64,000 bases of DNA from Candidatus Methanomethylicia archaeon (GTDB lineage: Archaea > Thermoproteota > Methanomethylicia > Nezhaarchaeales > B40-G2): NCBI GenBank assembly GCA_029259155.1, contig JAPDJI010000006.1, positions 24,470-88,469 of the forward strand, read 5' to 3'. Both the position numbers and the translations under genes were made by a program. The stretch's first letter is position 1; every line of letters starts with the position of its first letter. Positions 54,568-64,000 of this stretch are shown piece after piece. Under the pieces are notes generated by a model. That model was not told the origin of the DNA. It searched no databases and saw only the letters and a program-made list of their open reading frames with translations.

Positions 54568-55383
54568 ATGGTAGTCCTAGTGTGCTTCGTAGGCCACGAC
54601 TATCAGCGGATTATAGACGGAGTAAATCACTGGAGGGCGAGAGAACCGCTAGAAAACATCTACTTGGTCTACGATCGTAAACGTGATAAGTACGGTTATG
54701 CCTCTAAGCTTAATGCTAAGGACCTCTCTGAAGTCTTGGCCTTTGCTGGTCAACGTCCAGAGCTCGTAGGCGTGAACCCTCAAAGCTACGAGGACGTCTT
54801 CGCTTCCCTCTATGGCATACTGAGGCGCGAAGTCGACGAGAGGGGAAGGAGGGTACTCGTAGATGCTACTTCAACCACAAAGGAGGCGTATGGAGCCGTA
54901 GTTACTGTCTCCCTCATGTTCCCTAACGTATCCATCTATGTTGTGCCTCCTGCTGAGCGAGGATGGTATGTACCGGAACCTGACACACCAGGCTTTGAAG
55001 AATGGTTTCATAGGGTTAGAAGCGTGAGAGGTTTAATGCCACAAGAGATCTACTTACCTGGCTTCAGGCTGGAGAGACCTAGCGAAGATGAAGAACGAGT
55101 ACTATTAGCGCTTGAGATGCATGGAGGGAAAACGGACTCCATTAAGACCTTGATAAAGTGGTGTAATGAAGATCCTAATAACCCTGCTATAAAGAACAGG
55201 TATAGCAGGCTCATCGACAGGCTGGTTGCCAAAGGAATATTGGTTGAAGGACCTGCCGCTAAAACCAAACCCGTCCATTTAACCAGCTTTGGGTTGGTAC
55301 TAGCCAAAGCCTTGAAGACGTACTACGGGCAGGGATATGAAACCCATACCTTAAGCTCAGCTATTCTCCCGACCTTAAAGTAA
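54568..55383 (+). CDS. CARF-like Rossmann domain + wHTH regulator (DUF6293/Csa3-like architecture)
   Basis: FVGHDYQRI, IYLV, VLVDATSTTK (cf. NxSxGxK/DxTGGxK), LP linker, C-terminal wHTH IDRLVAKG...V.LT.FG. Confidence 0.72.
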   Translation: MVVLVCFVGHDYQRIIDGVNHWRAREPLENIYLVYDRKRDKYGYASKLNAKDLSEVLAFAGQRPELVGVNPQSYEDVFASLYGILRREVDERGRRVLVDATSTTKEAYGAVVTVSLMFPNVSIYVVPPAERGWYVPEPDTPGFEEWFHRVRSVRGLMPQEIYLPGFRLERPSEDEERVLLALEMHGGKTDSIKTLIKWCNEDPNNPAIKNRYSRLIDRLVAKGILVEGPAAKTKPVHLTSFGLVLAKALKTYYGQGYETHTLSSAILPTLK

Positions 55384-55803
55384 CTCTCACATAAGACAGA
55401 GAATAGAAATGTTACATCAGCCTATAGGCAACGACACAGACAGACTCTGCAAGGTTAAGGATAAGCGCCTCCCTCACCGTCAAAGAGATACCTTTCCCTA
55501 TTGGAGGAGAAGAAATAGTATCAAAAAAGAGATACCATATTCAAGACATGTAAAATTATATCATAAAAATGTAAATGATATTTTTAAATTGAGATTCTTT
55601 ATATAAATTGCTTTAAAGTTATTAAAGAGCCTAGAATAGAACTAAAAGCCCCTCGAACTAAATAAAGATCAACTGTTTGAACATTTATCCTGGTTGTTGT
55701 ACGGTCATTATGCACCTCTTGTTGGTCTTAGGGAAAACGACAGATGCTAGTATTTTTTCCTGACCCCTGAATTTTCAAATACTTCTTAAGAAAACATCCT
55801 AGA

Positions 55804-56391
55804 GTGGTGGTTACAATGGAGATATTCGATGCTATTAAAGGTAGAAGGTCTATTAGAAGTTATAGACCTGATGAAGTAGAAGAGGAGAAACTACTAAAGA
55901 TATTGGAGGCGGCTCGCTGGGCTCCCTCATGGGCTAATACCCAGTGCTGGAGGTTTATTGTGGTGAAAAGTAGAGAGCTGAAGGAAGCGCTAGCTGAGAC
56001 CCTTCCCGAAGGCAATAGAGGCAAGAAGGCTCTTTTGGAAGCCCCCATTGTGATAGCACTTTGCGCCGAAAGAGGGCGTTCAGGTTTCATAAAGGGGAAG
56101 CCTGGCAGCGATAAAGGTGACTGGTGGTTTATGTTCGATGCTGCTCTAGCTGCTCAGAACCTCACTTTAGCTGCCTATGCCTTAGGGCTGGGTACTCTTC
56201 ATATTGGATGGTTTGACGCTAAAAAGGCAGCTGAGATCTTAAATGTGCCTCATGGCTACGAAGTAGTAGAGCTCATCCTCCTAGGCTACCCAGGGGAGGG
56301 GCCGAAACCTACTTCAAGGAAGGGGCTGGACGAAATAGTCTTCGCTGAACGCTTCGGTCAACCTTACCATTTAACTGCAGCCTCTCCATGA
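55804..56391 (+). CDS. Nitroreductase family protein
   Basis: RRSIRSY, APSWANTQCWRF, LAA..LGLGT, LGYP, RK.L. Confidence 0.92.
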   Translation: MVVTMEIFDAIKGRRSIRSYRPDEVEEEKLLKILEAARWAPSWANTQCWRFIVVKSRELKEALAETLPEGNRGKKALLEAPIVIALCAERGRSGFIKGKPGSDKGDWWFMFDAALAAQNLTLAAYALGLGTLHIGWFDAKKAAEILNVPHGYEVVELILLGYPGEGPKPTSRKGLDEIVFAERFGQPYHLTAASP

Positions 56392-56453
56392 AACACCTTC
56401 TTTTTCCTTGCCATAGGGATTTTCGGTAAGCTTTATGGATACACGAATCGACT

Positions 56454-57458
56454 TCAAGGTAATGTGAGCGCAAGAGGGATCGATAGAAGTATCAACGTGG
56501 CAGCGCAGAGGCCCATTAAACATAGGATTTCTTTCAGGTTTTCAGGATAAGTTTTCCTTAAGAGAAGCTTAACGATTCTCCTTAACAGCGAGGCTAAGGT
56601 TTTAGGGAGGGGTATCATGAAGGGCGTGCTTTCACGATATCTTAGATACTCCTTGCCGTGCTTCTTTATCATTACCGTCTCCTCCCAGAGAGCGACGGTT
56701 ATGATTAGAAGGGTAGAGATTAACCATGGAAGTGTCGGCGTAGGTACGTAACCTCCTCGTGGAGCTTGAGCTCCAAGCCAGATCGTGGTTAGCAGGAGGC
56801 CATAACTCCATAATATGAAGCCTAGATATTGAGGGTGGCGGCTCATCTTATATATCCAGTAATCAATCAACTTATGCCTCTTGAACCTGCCATACAGCCA
56901 GGTAGCCGTGCTTAAAGTAAAGATCAGAAGGCCTGCAAACATGAACATCAAGCTGATTAAGGCTGCAGGCCCTTCCAAGAGAGATAAGTGAATAGTACTC
57001 ATCAACTCCTTCATGATCAGGGAAGCAGGTAAAGCAATGAGGAGGTAGGGAAGTAAGGCTATATGTCCCAGCTTTAAGATCACTGGGCTTATGTCTAGTA
57101 AAGGTATCCATAGCAGCCTTAAGGAGCCTATTCCAGCTAAGAAGAACATGGTGAAGGCAAAGTGGCCGAAAGTAGGTAAGTGGAAGGCTACCGAGCCTAG
57201 GAGCGCGAATCCAGACCTTTTGATTATGAACCCTGTCACTATTAATCCTATGACGGCCAACAGCGAAACATAACCTATAGGTCTAAGATAGTTTAAGGTC
57301 TCTCTGGCCGGTTGCCAGTTTCCAAATCCGTAGTCGGGAATGTGGTTGAGGAGGATGCCATGAATGAGTCTTGGAACCTCCAGAGTAGCATAAAGGAGAG
57401 CGATTGTGAACAACAACGATAAGATGACAGCTTGCATCAACTCAGGCCATCTAGCCAA
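56454..57458 (-). CDS. ICMT/PEMT-type membrane methyltransferase-like protein (DUF1295-like)
   Basis: Many TMs; IYKMSRHPQYLG, EE......G.EY..Y...TP. Confidence 0.75.
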   Translation of the reverse strand: MARWPELMQAVILSLLFTIALLYATLEVPRLIHGILLNHIPDYGFGNWQPARETLNYLRPIGYVSLLAVIGLIVTGFIIKRSGFALLGSVAFHLPTFGHFAFTMFFLAGIGSLRLLWIPLLDISPVILKLGHIALLPYLLIALPASLIMKELMSTIHLSLLEGPAALISLMFMFAGLLIFTLSTATWLYGRFKRHKLIDYWIYKMSRHPQYLGFILWSYGLLLTTIWLGAQAPRGGYVPTPTLPWLISTLLIITVALWEETVMIKKHGKEYLRYRESTPFMIPLPKTLASLLRRIVKLLLRKTYPENLKEILCLMGLCAATLILLSIPLALTLP

Positions 57459-58039
57459 GCCGCATCACCTATACGCAAGTGAAGGCTTTAAGCTCAGCAC
57501 TAGCCATGAAGTTTGTCAAGCCTAAGACATAGATTCTCGTGATGCCTAGGGCTACAAAGACCCCTACAGTTATCAACGTAGGGGTGAAACGCGTCAATTA
57601 GGCCTTTCACCACCCTAACCAATAGCTTAGGCTTACCTATTATTTCATGGTTCAGAACGCAGTGTTCAAGAAAATAGAACGCTTTACAGCTAAGGTTGAC
57701 TTAAACGATAACTACGACGTAAAAACCGTGGATTTAGCGATATTCACGGTCATCTTTCCTTGAGTTGAAGCAGCTCCAAGAGCCCATGCGCCGAGGCCTT
57801 CCTTATCTCAGACCTTACTATTAAACCAGGTATCAATTAAGAACCTTCATCCCCCCTCAGCGCTCAAAAATTACCTCATACATGGCACCACTTTGTAACC
57901 TATACTTTAGCTAGAAATCATCTGAAGCTGGTGAAGTCAATTTGTTTAAACTGCTTTAACATACGAAGGCTCTACGATACCAGATTTTTATTTCTCCTTG
58001 TAGTTTTCATCTGAGAGGAGCTGGCTGCTTGGTGGATAT

Positions 58040-59035
58040 ATGGCCAGCCTCAAGAAGCTAATATCGAAGCTTTTAGGGGGAAGTTGTAGCACTGCAGTTT
58101 TTGCTTTAACGACTAAATGCAACTGCAGGTGCGTAATGTGCGGCATGCACCGTAAACCACCGGAGACCATGGAGCTTGAACGCGCAAAGAAGGCCTTGAA
58201 GTTCTTTGCTGAGAACGAGTTTCTCATGGTATACTTTACTGGTGGCGAGCCTACCCTCCATCCAGATATCCTTGAGATAGTCGGTTTCGCTAATAAGCTA
58301 GGTTTATTTACGGTCTTATCAACTAACGGAACCTTGTCTGAGGACTTGTTACAGGGTTTAAGGAAGGCTGGCTTAAACGTACTTACAGTATCTTTAGATC
58401 ACTGGAGGCCTGAAATCTGCGAAAAGATACGCGGCGTTAAGGGGATTATGCAGCAACAGGAACATGCTCTTCGCTACGCTAAGGCTATAGGGTTAAAGGT
58501 CTACGCCCTCGTATACATCAATCCTTACCTTGTTCATGAAGGAGTGGAGAAAATGGTGAAGTATGTCGATTCTTATCTGAACGTCCCCATAGGTTTCTGC
58601 TACCCTACGGCGTCTGACGTTAACACTTACGAACTCCATGGAGATTTCAAGGAGGAAGACCTTAACCGTAAGCTTAAACGGAGTATCTTGAAGCTCATCC
58701 AACTCAAGAAGCTAGGATATAGAATAGTGAACACCATTACCTACTTGGAGGATATTTTGAGGCTTAGCGCAAAACCTAACTTCTACTGTAAGGGAGGCGA
58801 GAACGTCTTTTATGTTGACTGGCGGGGAGACGTTTACCCCTGCTTCCTTAAAGATAAGCTCTTCAACCTCTTCGAGGATGAACCTAGGCTCTTAAAGGAC
58901 ATCGAATGTGACGAATGCTTCACCAACTGTTTTCGCGAACCGTCCATAATACCTCAACTCTTTAAATCCCCTAAGATACTTTTCAAAGAATCTCGATACT
59001 CCCTTCACATCATGGACCTAGTCTTACAATTATGA
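58040..59035 (+). CDS. Radical SAM protein with short SPASM/twitch domain
   Basis: CNCRCVMC, TGGEP, STNG, VSLD, CKGG...GDVYPC, CDECFTNC. Confidence 0.88.
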   Translation: MASLKKLISKLLGGSCSTAVFALTTKCNCRCVMCGMHRKPPETMELERAKKALKFFAENEFLMVYFTGGEPTLHPDILEIVGFANKLGLFTVLSTNGTLSEDLLQGLRKAGLNVLTVSLDHWRPEICEKIRGVKGIMQQQEHALRYAKAIGLKVYALVYINPYLVHEGVEKMVKYVDSYLNVPIGFCYPTASDVNTYELHGDFKEEDLNRKLKRSILKLIQLKKLGYRIVNTITYLEDILRLSAKPNFYCKGGENVFYVDWRGDVYPCFLKDKLFNLFEDEPRLLKDIECDECFTNCFREPSIIPQLFKSPKILFKESRYSLHIMDLVLQL

Positions 59036-59060
59036 TACCCACCAGCTTAGACTACACGGG

Positions 59061-59861
59061 TCAAGCTAAGCTCTTTATCTCCACCCTATCACCTACCTTG
59101 ACGTTGTAGAACGAAGCGGCATCACCTTTATTAATTGCTATTTCTGCTAAGCCGAAGCTGTCAGGGACTAGCAGAGTTTCTCCTTCTTTGACTTCAGCAT
59201 AAGCTTTTACTAACTTGGTTTCAATCCTCTTAATCCCCACCTTTATTTCGCACTTTCCACCGTACCCTACTAGCTCCTCGACAACTCTAGACGGTATGCT
59301 GGTCACAATATTACCGAAAATGTCGATATGGATTACCTCCCCGATTGCCACATGGTCCTTAATGCTATAGGTGGGAGGAGATAATGACACTGGATCTTTA
59401 ACGCAGGGTCCAACCTCCTTGAAAGCATTGTGGTGTAGGCTTATTTTAGCGGCTGTTGGGGCGAACACATCCCTTCCATGAAAAGTTGGGGAAACGACGG
59501 ATAACATAAAGGAGGGGTTGGTTATTTCACGTACTTCCATTAAGCCATCGTCTAGCGCCGCCATCATTAAAACCCCGTTGTCAGGCCCCACGAAAAAGTA
59601 TCTTTTTGTTTTAATCGCTAGCGGTCTCCTAGCGGTGCCTACACCAGGGTCCACTACAACCACGTGGATAGTTCCTTCAGGAAAGAACCTGTAGGAAGCC
59701 CATAAAAGCAAAGCAGCCGCTTTCACGTCGTGCCGCGCCACTTCATGGCTTAGGTCAACGATTACGGCGCTGGGGTTTATGCTTAGAATCACCCCTTTCA
59801 TAGAAGCTACGTAGGGATCTCTTAAACCAAAATCTGTTAACAAAGTTATTACCTTATTCAT
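59061..59861 (-). CDS. SAM hydroxide adenosyltransferase (DUF62, chlorinase/fluorinase family)
   Basis: ITLLTDFG, VVDPGVGT.R, GPDNG, TFHGRDVFAP, D.FGN, EIAIN.G. Confidence 0.93.
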   Translation of the reverse strand: MNKVITLLTDFGLRDPYVASMKGVILSINPSAVIVDLSHEVARHDVKAAALLLWASYRFFPEGTIHVVVVDPGVGTARRPLAIKTKRYFFVGPDNGVLMMAALDDGLMEVREITNPSFMLSVVSPTFHGRDVFAPTAAKISLHHNAFKEVGPCVKDPVSLSPPTYSIKDHVAIGEVIHIDIFGNIVTSIPSRVVEELVGYGGKCEIKVGIKRIETKLVKAYAEVKEGETLLVPDSFGLAEIAINKGDAASFYNVKVGDRVEIKSLA

Positions 59862-59930
59862 GTAATCAGCCTCGCCGAGCTAGAGCTTAAAAAGTACGTC
59901 CGCCGGAGCTTAAAAAGGGGACCTGCCATA

Positions 59931-60725
59931 ATGATCCAGCTCCCCAAGATCGATGCGGTTAAAGCTGCAGAGATCATTAAGTCCTTTATCAAGGTTAAAG
60001 TCGAAGAGGCTGGCTGTGAAGGTGTAGTTGTCGGTTTAAGTGGAGGACTAGACTCCTCAGTAACGGCGTGTCTATGCGTGAAAGCTCTTGGAAACGCTAG
60101 GGTCAAAGGATTGATTATGCCTGATAGCCAGGTGACGCCTCATGAAGATGTGGACGATGCTTTGAAGCTGGCTGAAATGCTCGGAATAGAGCATAAGATT
60201 GTAGATATCTCGCCCATGGTTAAACAGATCGTTGAAAACCATCCTTACCGCTCACCCTCCAACATTGTGGCTGAAGGAAACGTAAGGGCAAGGATCAGAA
60301 TGATCCTGCTCTACTACGTGGCTAATGCCTACAATCTTCTCGTAGCCGGTACGGGTGATCGAAGCGAGATCATGATAGGTTACTTCACTAAGTATGGCGA
60401 TGGAGGAGTAGATATCCTACCCTTAGGCTCCCTCTATAAAACCCAGGTCAGGGAGCTTGCAAGACACCTAGGTCTCCCTCCACAAATTGTCGAGAAGCCA
60501 AGTAGCCCTAGGTTATGGAAGGGGCAGACCGCTGAAGGGGAGCTTGGCTTAAGCTACGACGTAATAGACCCTATCCTCCATGGGCTATACGATCTAGGCC
60601 TACCCTTAGAAGAGGTGGCTGAAAGGGTCGACGTTAAAATCGATGTAGTGGAGAAGGTCAAATTCATGGTTGAGCGCTCGGCACATAAAAAAGCGCTTCC
60701 TCCTGTAGCTAAGCTGAACCTATAG
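59931..60725 (+). CDS. nadE: NH3-dependent NAD+ synthetase
   Basis: GLSGGLDSS, GNVRARIRM, GYFTKYGDG, LYKTQV. Confidence 0.96.
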   Translation: MIQLPKIDAVKAAEIIKSFIKVKVEEAGCEGVVVGLSGGLDSSVTACLCVKALGNARVKGLIMPDSQVTPHEDVDDALKLAEMLGIEHKIVDISPMVKQIVENHPYRSPSNIVAEGNVRARIRMILLYYVANAYNLLVAGTGDRSEIMIGYFTKYGDGGVDILPLGSLYKTQVRELARHLGLPPQIVEKPSSPRLWKGQTAEGELGLSYDVIDPILHGLYDLGLPLEEVAERVDVKIDVVEKVKFMVERSAHKKALPPVAKLNL

Positions 60726-60739
60726 GTGGTAGGGAGAGG

Positions 60740-61525
60740 TTACATGCTTACTAGCCTATTTATCCTCCTTAGTAGCTCGTGTACCTCGTTTACTCCTTTA
60801 ACATAGAATTTAGCTAAGCTACGCTTTTTCCTACCTACAACTATAGTCAATCCACGAGGCGCTAAGGCCTTAAAGGCATATTCGTCGGTCTCGTCATCAC
60901 CTATATATATGGGCGTATACTCCCTCGTCCCCGTGGCTTCAATTAGGTATAGCGCTGCTCTTCCCTTATCCCAGTCTACGTCTGGCATAAGCTCGTATAC
61001 TTTCTTTCCCTTCAACACCCTGAAGCCTGAACGCAAGGACATAATGAAAGATAGGGCTTTAGAAACAGCTCTCCCCCCTCCTTTAGGAGCTAGGCGGTAA
61101 TGTATTGCGATGCTCAGCCCCTTATCCTCGACCATTATTCCCTTCATACCTGCAAAGGCTTGGATAAGCTCTCTGTGAATTTCTCCTATAACCTTCCTCA
61201 GTTTTTCGGCCTTGGCGTGAATGAAGGAGACGCCTGGCCCCTCCACCTCTAATCCATGTAAACCGGCATAGTAAATTCCATCAATTCCGATAAGCTTCTT
61301 CAGCTGGTTTAAAGGCCTGCCGCTAATAATAGCTACCTTAACCCATCTCCCAGCCTTAACTATGCTTGAGAGAAGCTTTCTAGTCTCCTCACTTAGCTTA
61401 GCTTCTTCAGGTCTATTTACTATCGGGGTCAGTGTACCGTCATAGTCCAACATAAGGAAGAGGCCTAACGCTACCCGAAGCCTCCCTTCAACCTCTAACC
61501 AATGGCTGAATAATTGAGCTGGCAT
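60740..61525 (-). CDS. otsB: Trehalose-6-phosphate phosphatase
   Basis: LDYDGTL.PI, ISGR, G.HG.E, HYR, WDKG.A, GDDETDE.AF. Confidence 0.93.
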   Translation of the reverse strand: MPAQLFSHWLEVEGRLRVALGLFLMLDYDGTLTPIVNRPEEAKLSEETRKLLSSIVKAGRWVKVAIISGRPLNQLKKLIGIDGIYYAGLHGLEVEGPGVSFIHAKAEKLRKVIGEIHRELIQAFAGMKGIMVEDKGLSIAIHYRLAPKGGGRAVSKALSFIMSLRSGFRVLKGKKVYELMPDVDWDKGRAALYLIEATGTREYTPIYIGDDETDEYAFKALAPRGLTIVVGRKKRSLAKFYVKGVNEVHELLRRINRLVSM

Positions 61526-61595
61526 CCATCCAGCTTTCCTCTTTTTCTCTTTTAAAGCTTGACTTAGAGGCTACGTGAGACCTTTAAAGCGGTTC

Positions 61596-62740
61596 TTAGC
61601 CACCTAGCCTAGTATAAAATATCTTGGTGCTGGACTCGTATACGTCATATCCTGAGTATGCATAGACGGGTAGGCCTGGAGGCCACCACTCACCGTAATC
61701 CTTTACGTAGACCAGGTTGCTTACCTAGTCTGGCACGGTGTCATATGGCTCCTCCGCTGGAAGGTAGAAGCAGTGCATGTAGCCTCCCTTGGCTATGTAT
61801 AAAGCGATCCTATAGGTACAGTTAGTGAACATAGTTACTCTTACAACGTGATCCCTCCAATCATCAACGTAACTCGGAGGATCGGGGGGATAATATAGAT
61901 CTTCCCAGAAGAGGAGGTAGTCAAGCTCTACTTCTCCTTCAAGCTCAGGTACATGAAACCTCCAAATCCCGTTGGCGTCCTTCCAGGTGAAGGTCCAGTT
62001 TCTCGTGGCGAAAGTAGGGTTTATGACGAAGATAACTGGTGAGCCTACCTTGTTTTGACCTTCACTCCACGTCAATGTCTCGCCAAGCCTCTTAACCGTC
62101 ACATTGTATTCGTCAACCCACTCAACAATCGGGGTATAGCCTTCTAATGCCAACCCTGTACCGTCAATGCCATAATCTCCATAAAGCTTAAAGTAAGCCA
62201 TGGTATAGTCGAAGACCAGCCAGTGTCTTTTCAGGGATCCTGACGAGATGTTTGCAAGTAAAGCTATCATTGGAGCTTGTCTTGAAACAGCCTCAGTTAA
62301 GTATGATCCAGGTATATAGATGAGCGGCGAGGTACCTTCAACTGTTTTAAGCATCACCTTCACGACGCTGTAAGCTGTCCAGTCGCTAAGAGCCTCCTTA
62401 TGAAAAGTTGAGGTATAATGACTTTAACCACACCTCCTGGATCAACCGACTGGTTTACCGATCTTGACATTATTAGGCAGCCCTCCACCGCTTAAAAGAT
62501 AGTAGGTGTCTACATGCATGGTGTAGTCCTCTACGTTCCTTGCGTATATTACAAGGCTGCCGCCACACGTAATCGCGTATGCATCTATTGGTAGAACCCC
62601 ATCCCTTTAGGCTTTGAAGGTCCTTGCGTATAATTGACCACGAAATAATGAAAAACAACGGCAGCAGAGAGGACTATTGCTATCAGGATGAGAATAGCTA
62701 TTATGTTCGAAACGGCCTTAGCCAAGCAGAGCTCGCTCAA
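61596..62740 (-). pseudogene. Disrupted archaeal type IV pilin-like surface protein
   Basis: Class III signal KA|VSNIIAILILIAIV near 62720; pilin-like IDA..LVIYARN..VD.YY, VDPGGVV and VKV..KT.EG segments in successive frames; ORF 61725-62363; frame continues past TAG to 61596. Confidence 0.65.
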
Positions 62741-62795
62741 TTCCTTGAAAAGTGTCAAGTTTCTTTACTTAATAAATTTTAAACGTTTCTTTAAT

Positions 62796-62809
62796 AAAAA
62801 GAAAAAAAA
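62796..62809 (-). terminator. Oligo-T terminator
   Basis: TTTTTTTTCTTTTT on the minus strand directly after the stop at 62810. Confidence 0.55.
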
Positions 62810-62968
62810 TCAAACAAACCTGGGTTTTTCTTTTGTCCACTCATAGAACACTAAGTTGCACTTAGCACAAACATTAATGATAGAGAATATGGACCTTGTT
62901 CTCCCCACTTTGAGAGCAACTACTCCATATCTAGCTGATTCACCGCCACATCTAGGACACTTTCCCAT
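62810..62968 (-). CDS. 52-aa CPxCG-type zinc-finger micro-protein (start ATG 62968)
   Basis: MGKCPRCGG...VCAKCNLVFYE; followed by T-tract. Confidence 0.7.
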   Translation of the reverse strand: MGKCPRCGGESARYGVVALKVGRTRSIFSIINVCAKCNLVFYEWTKEKPRFV

Positions 62969-63067
62969 ATGAGTAAGTGAGGACGTCACAGAATCTAAAT
63001 AAACTACAAATTTTATATAGTTTTCTATACGATGGCCACCTATTTGTAAAAACATAAGAGTGAACGC

Positions 63068-63298
63068 TCAGTCTCCTAGCCCTCCCGATAGACCGTTACC
63101 GCGCAGATCCAAGGCATATACGGCGTTTCCATGCTGAGCTAGACAGGCTCCAAGGTTAACGAAGAAGCCCGAGTGCCCGCTATACTATGAAGACAAAGCA
63201 CCGCTCTCTCAGCTTCTCTTTTCTGGCAGCCAGCATCTAAGGAAGAGGGGAGTGCCATCACGTGCGGATAAGTGGTGTTCATACTCTTGTATCGTCAT
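63068..63298 (-). pseudogene. Truncated, frameshifted alpha/beta hydrolase (lysophospholipase-like) N-terminus
   Basis: ARDGTPLFLRCWLP / AVLCLH / HSGFF..L...LA..G.AVYALDLRGNGLS then stop. Confidence 0.75.
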
Positions 63299-63522
63299 CC
63301 CCCCTTCTATGTCCCTAAATCTGAGGTTTAAGGCTCATAAGCATAGCGATAATTATAATATTACCTCCTCCTTTTAGTGGAGGATACGGAGGCTGTGAAG
63401 ACGCGCTCTGGGCTAGTAAACTTAATGTTGATTATTTTTATCGGTGATCGAGGGTGAAAAAGACTAAGTATGTTAAGGCTTTTCTTAACGGAAACGCCGC
63501 TTATCTTCTGCTACCATTGACC

Positions 63523-64000
63523 ATGTATATGTTTGAGGAGGTATGGGTGAGCCAAGCGTTAACCTTCATTATCGGGTTGGCCGTTACCTTGGTGGTGACC
63601 TACCTCGTAAACTCTACGTTAATGAAGTACTTCCAGAGACTTGCTGAAAAGCAGCCAAACCTCCTCACCATGTACGTCTTTCTAAGGAGGCTGGTGATAG
63701 GTACATTGGTATTTTTAGGGGTCTCGGTCTCCACGTTTATTTCCTTCCCAAATGTTGGTATAGCGTTAACCTCCCTCCTCATAACTGCTGGCTTCGCTTC
63801 CTTGGTTTTAGGCCTCGCCGCTCAGTCAAGTCTCTCCAATATCATCTCCGGAATACTAGTCTCAACTGCTCAGCCGTTCAGGATAGGCGACGCAATATTC
63901 TTCAGGAACGACTTCTGCTTTGTCGAGGACATTAAGCTCATGCATACCGTCCTCCGCACCTGGGACAATAGAAGGCTGCTCGTACCAAACACTATTTTGC
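63523..64000 (+). CDS. MscS-family mechanosensitive channel (runs off window end; not in ORF track)
   Basis: AGFASLVLGLAAQSSLSNIISG...QPFRIGD...VEDI.L.HT.LRTWDNRRL.VPN. Confidence 0.9.
   Translation, partial: MYMFEEVWVSQALTFIIGLAVTLVVTYLVNSTLMKYFQRLAEKQPNLLTMYVFLRRLVIGTLVFLGVSVSTFISFPNVGIALTSLLITAGFASLVLGLAAQSSLSNIISGILVSTAQPFRIGDAIFFRNDFCFVEDIKLMHTVLRTWDNRRLLVPNTIL

Noticed and set aside
1-64000. CRISPR arrays, tRNA/rRNA genes, transposases, integrases
   Set aside because: No periodic repeats, cloverleaf signatures or DDE/tyrosine-recombinase motifs recognised by eye; a tRNAscan/CRISPR scan was not possible

Overview
Gene-dense archaeal chromosomal window. Markers such as ribosomal protein S25e, Alba, a DUF2258/ThermoDBP-related protein, isopentenyl phosphate kinase, F420 biosynthesis genes and Hdr/Fwd genes, plus GGTG-type Shine-Dalgarno sites and many TTG/GTG starts, suggest an anaerobic TACK/Thermoproteota lineage, possibly Nezhaarchaeales- or Methanomethylicia-like (inference). 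I saw no rRNA, tRNA, CRISPR array or transposase. Most genes are housekeeping or metabolic. The most unusual blocks are: (1) an ion-transport island at 17-29 kb, where three complex-I/Mrp-type antiporter subunits with N-, L- and M-type signatures have no small subunits or redox module but follow RCK (TrkA/KtrA) genes that form a mirror-image 2+2 quartet, next to a non-canonical CLC and an orphan TrkH; (2) a fwdG-fwdB-hdrA/mvhD-fwdF-fwdD-hdrC-hdrB cluster without fwdA/C, whose HdrA has about 100 N-terminal codons missed by the ORF track and reachable only via a non-canonical start or amber read-through; (3) a stand-alone nurA-herA pair divergent from a CARF-like/wHTH regulator, with a palindrome between them. 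There are also candidate structured RNAs, unannotated micro-proteins and several pseudogene remnants. All calls rest on motif recognition by eye; no database search was run.
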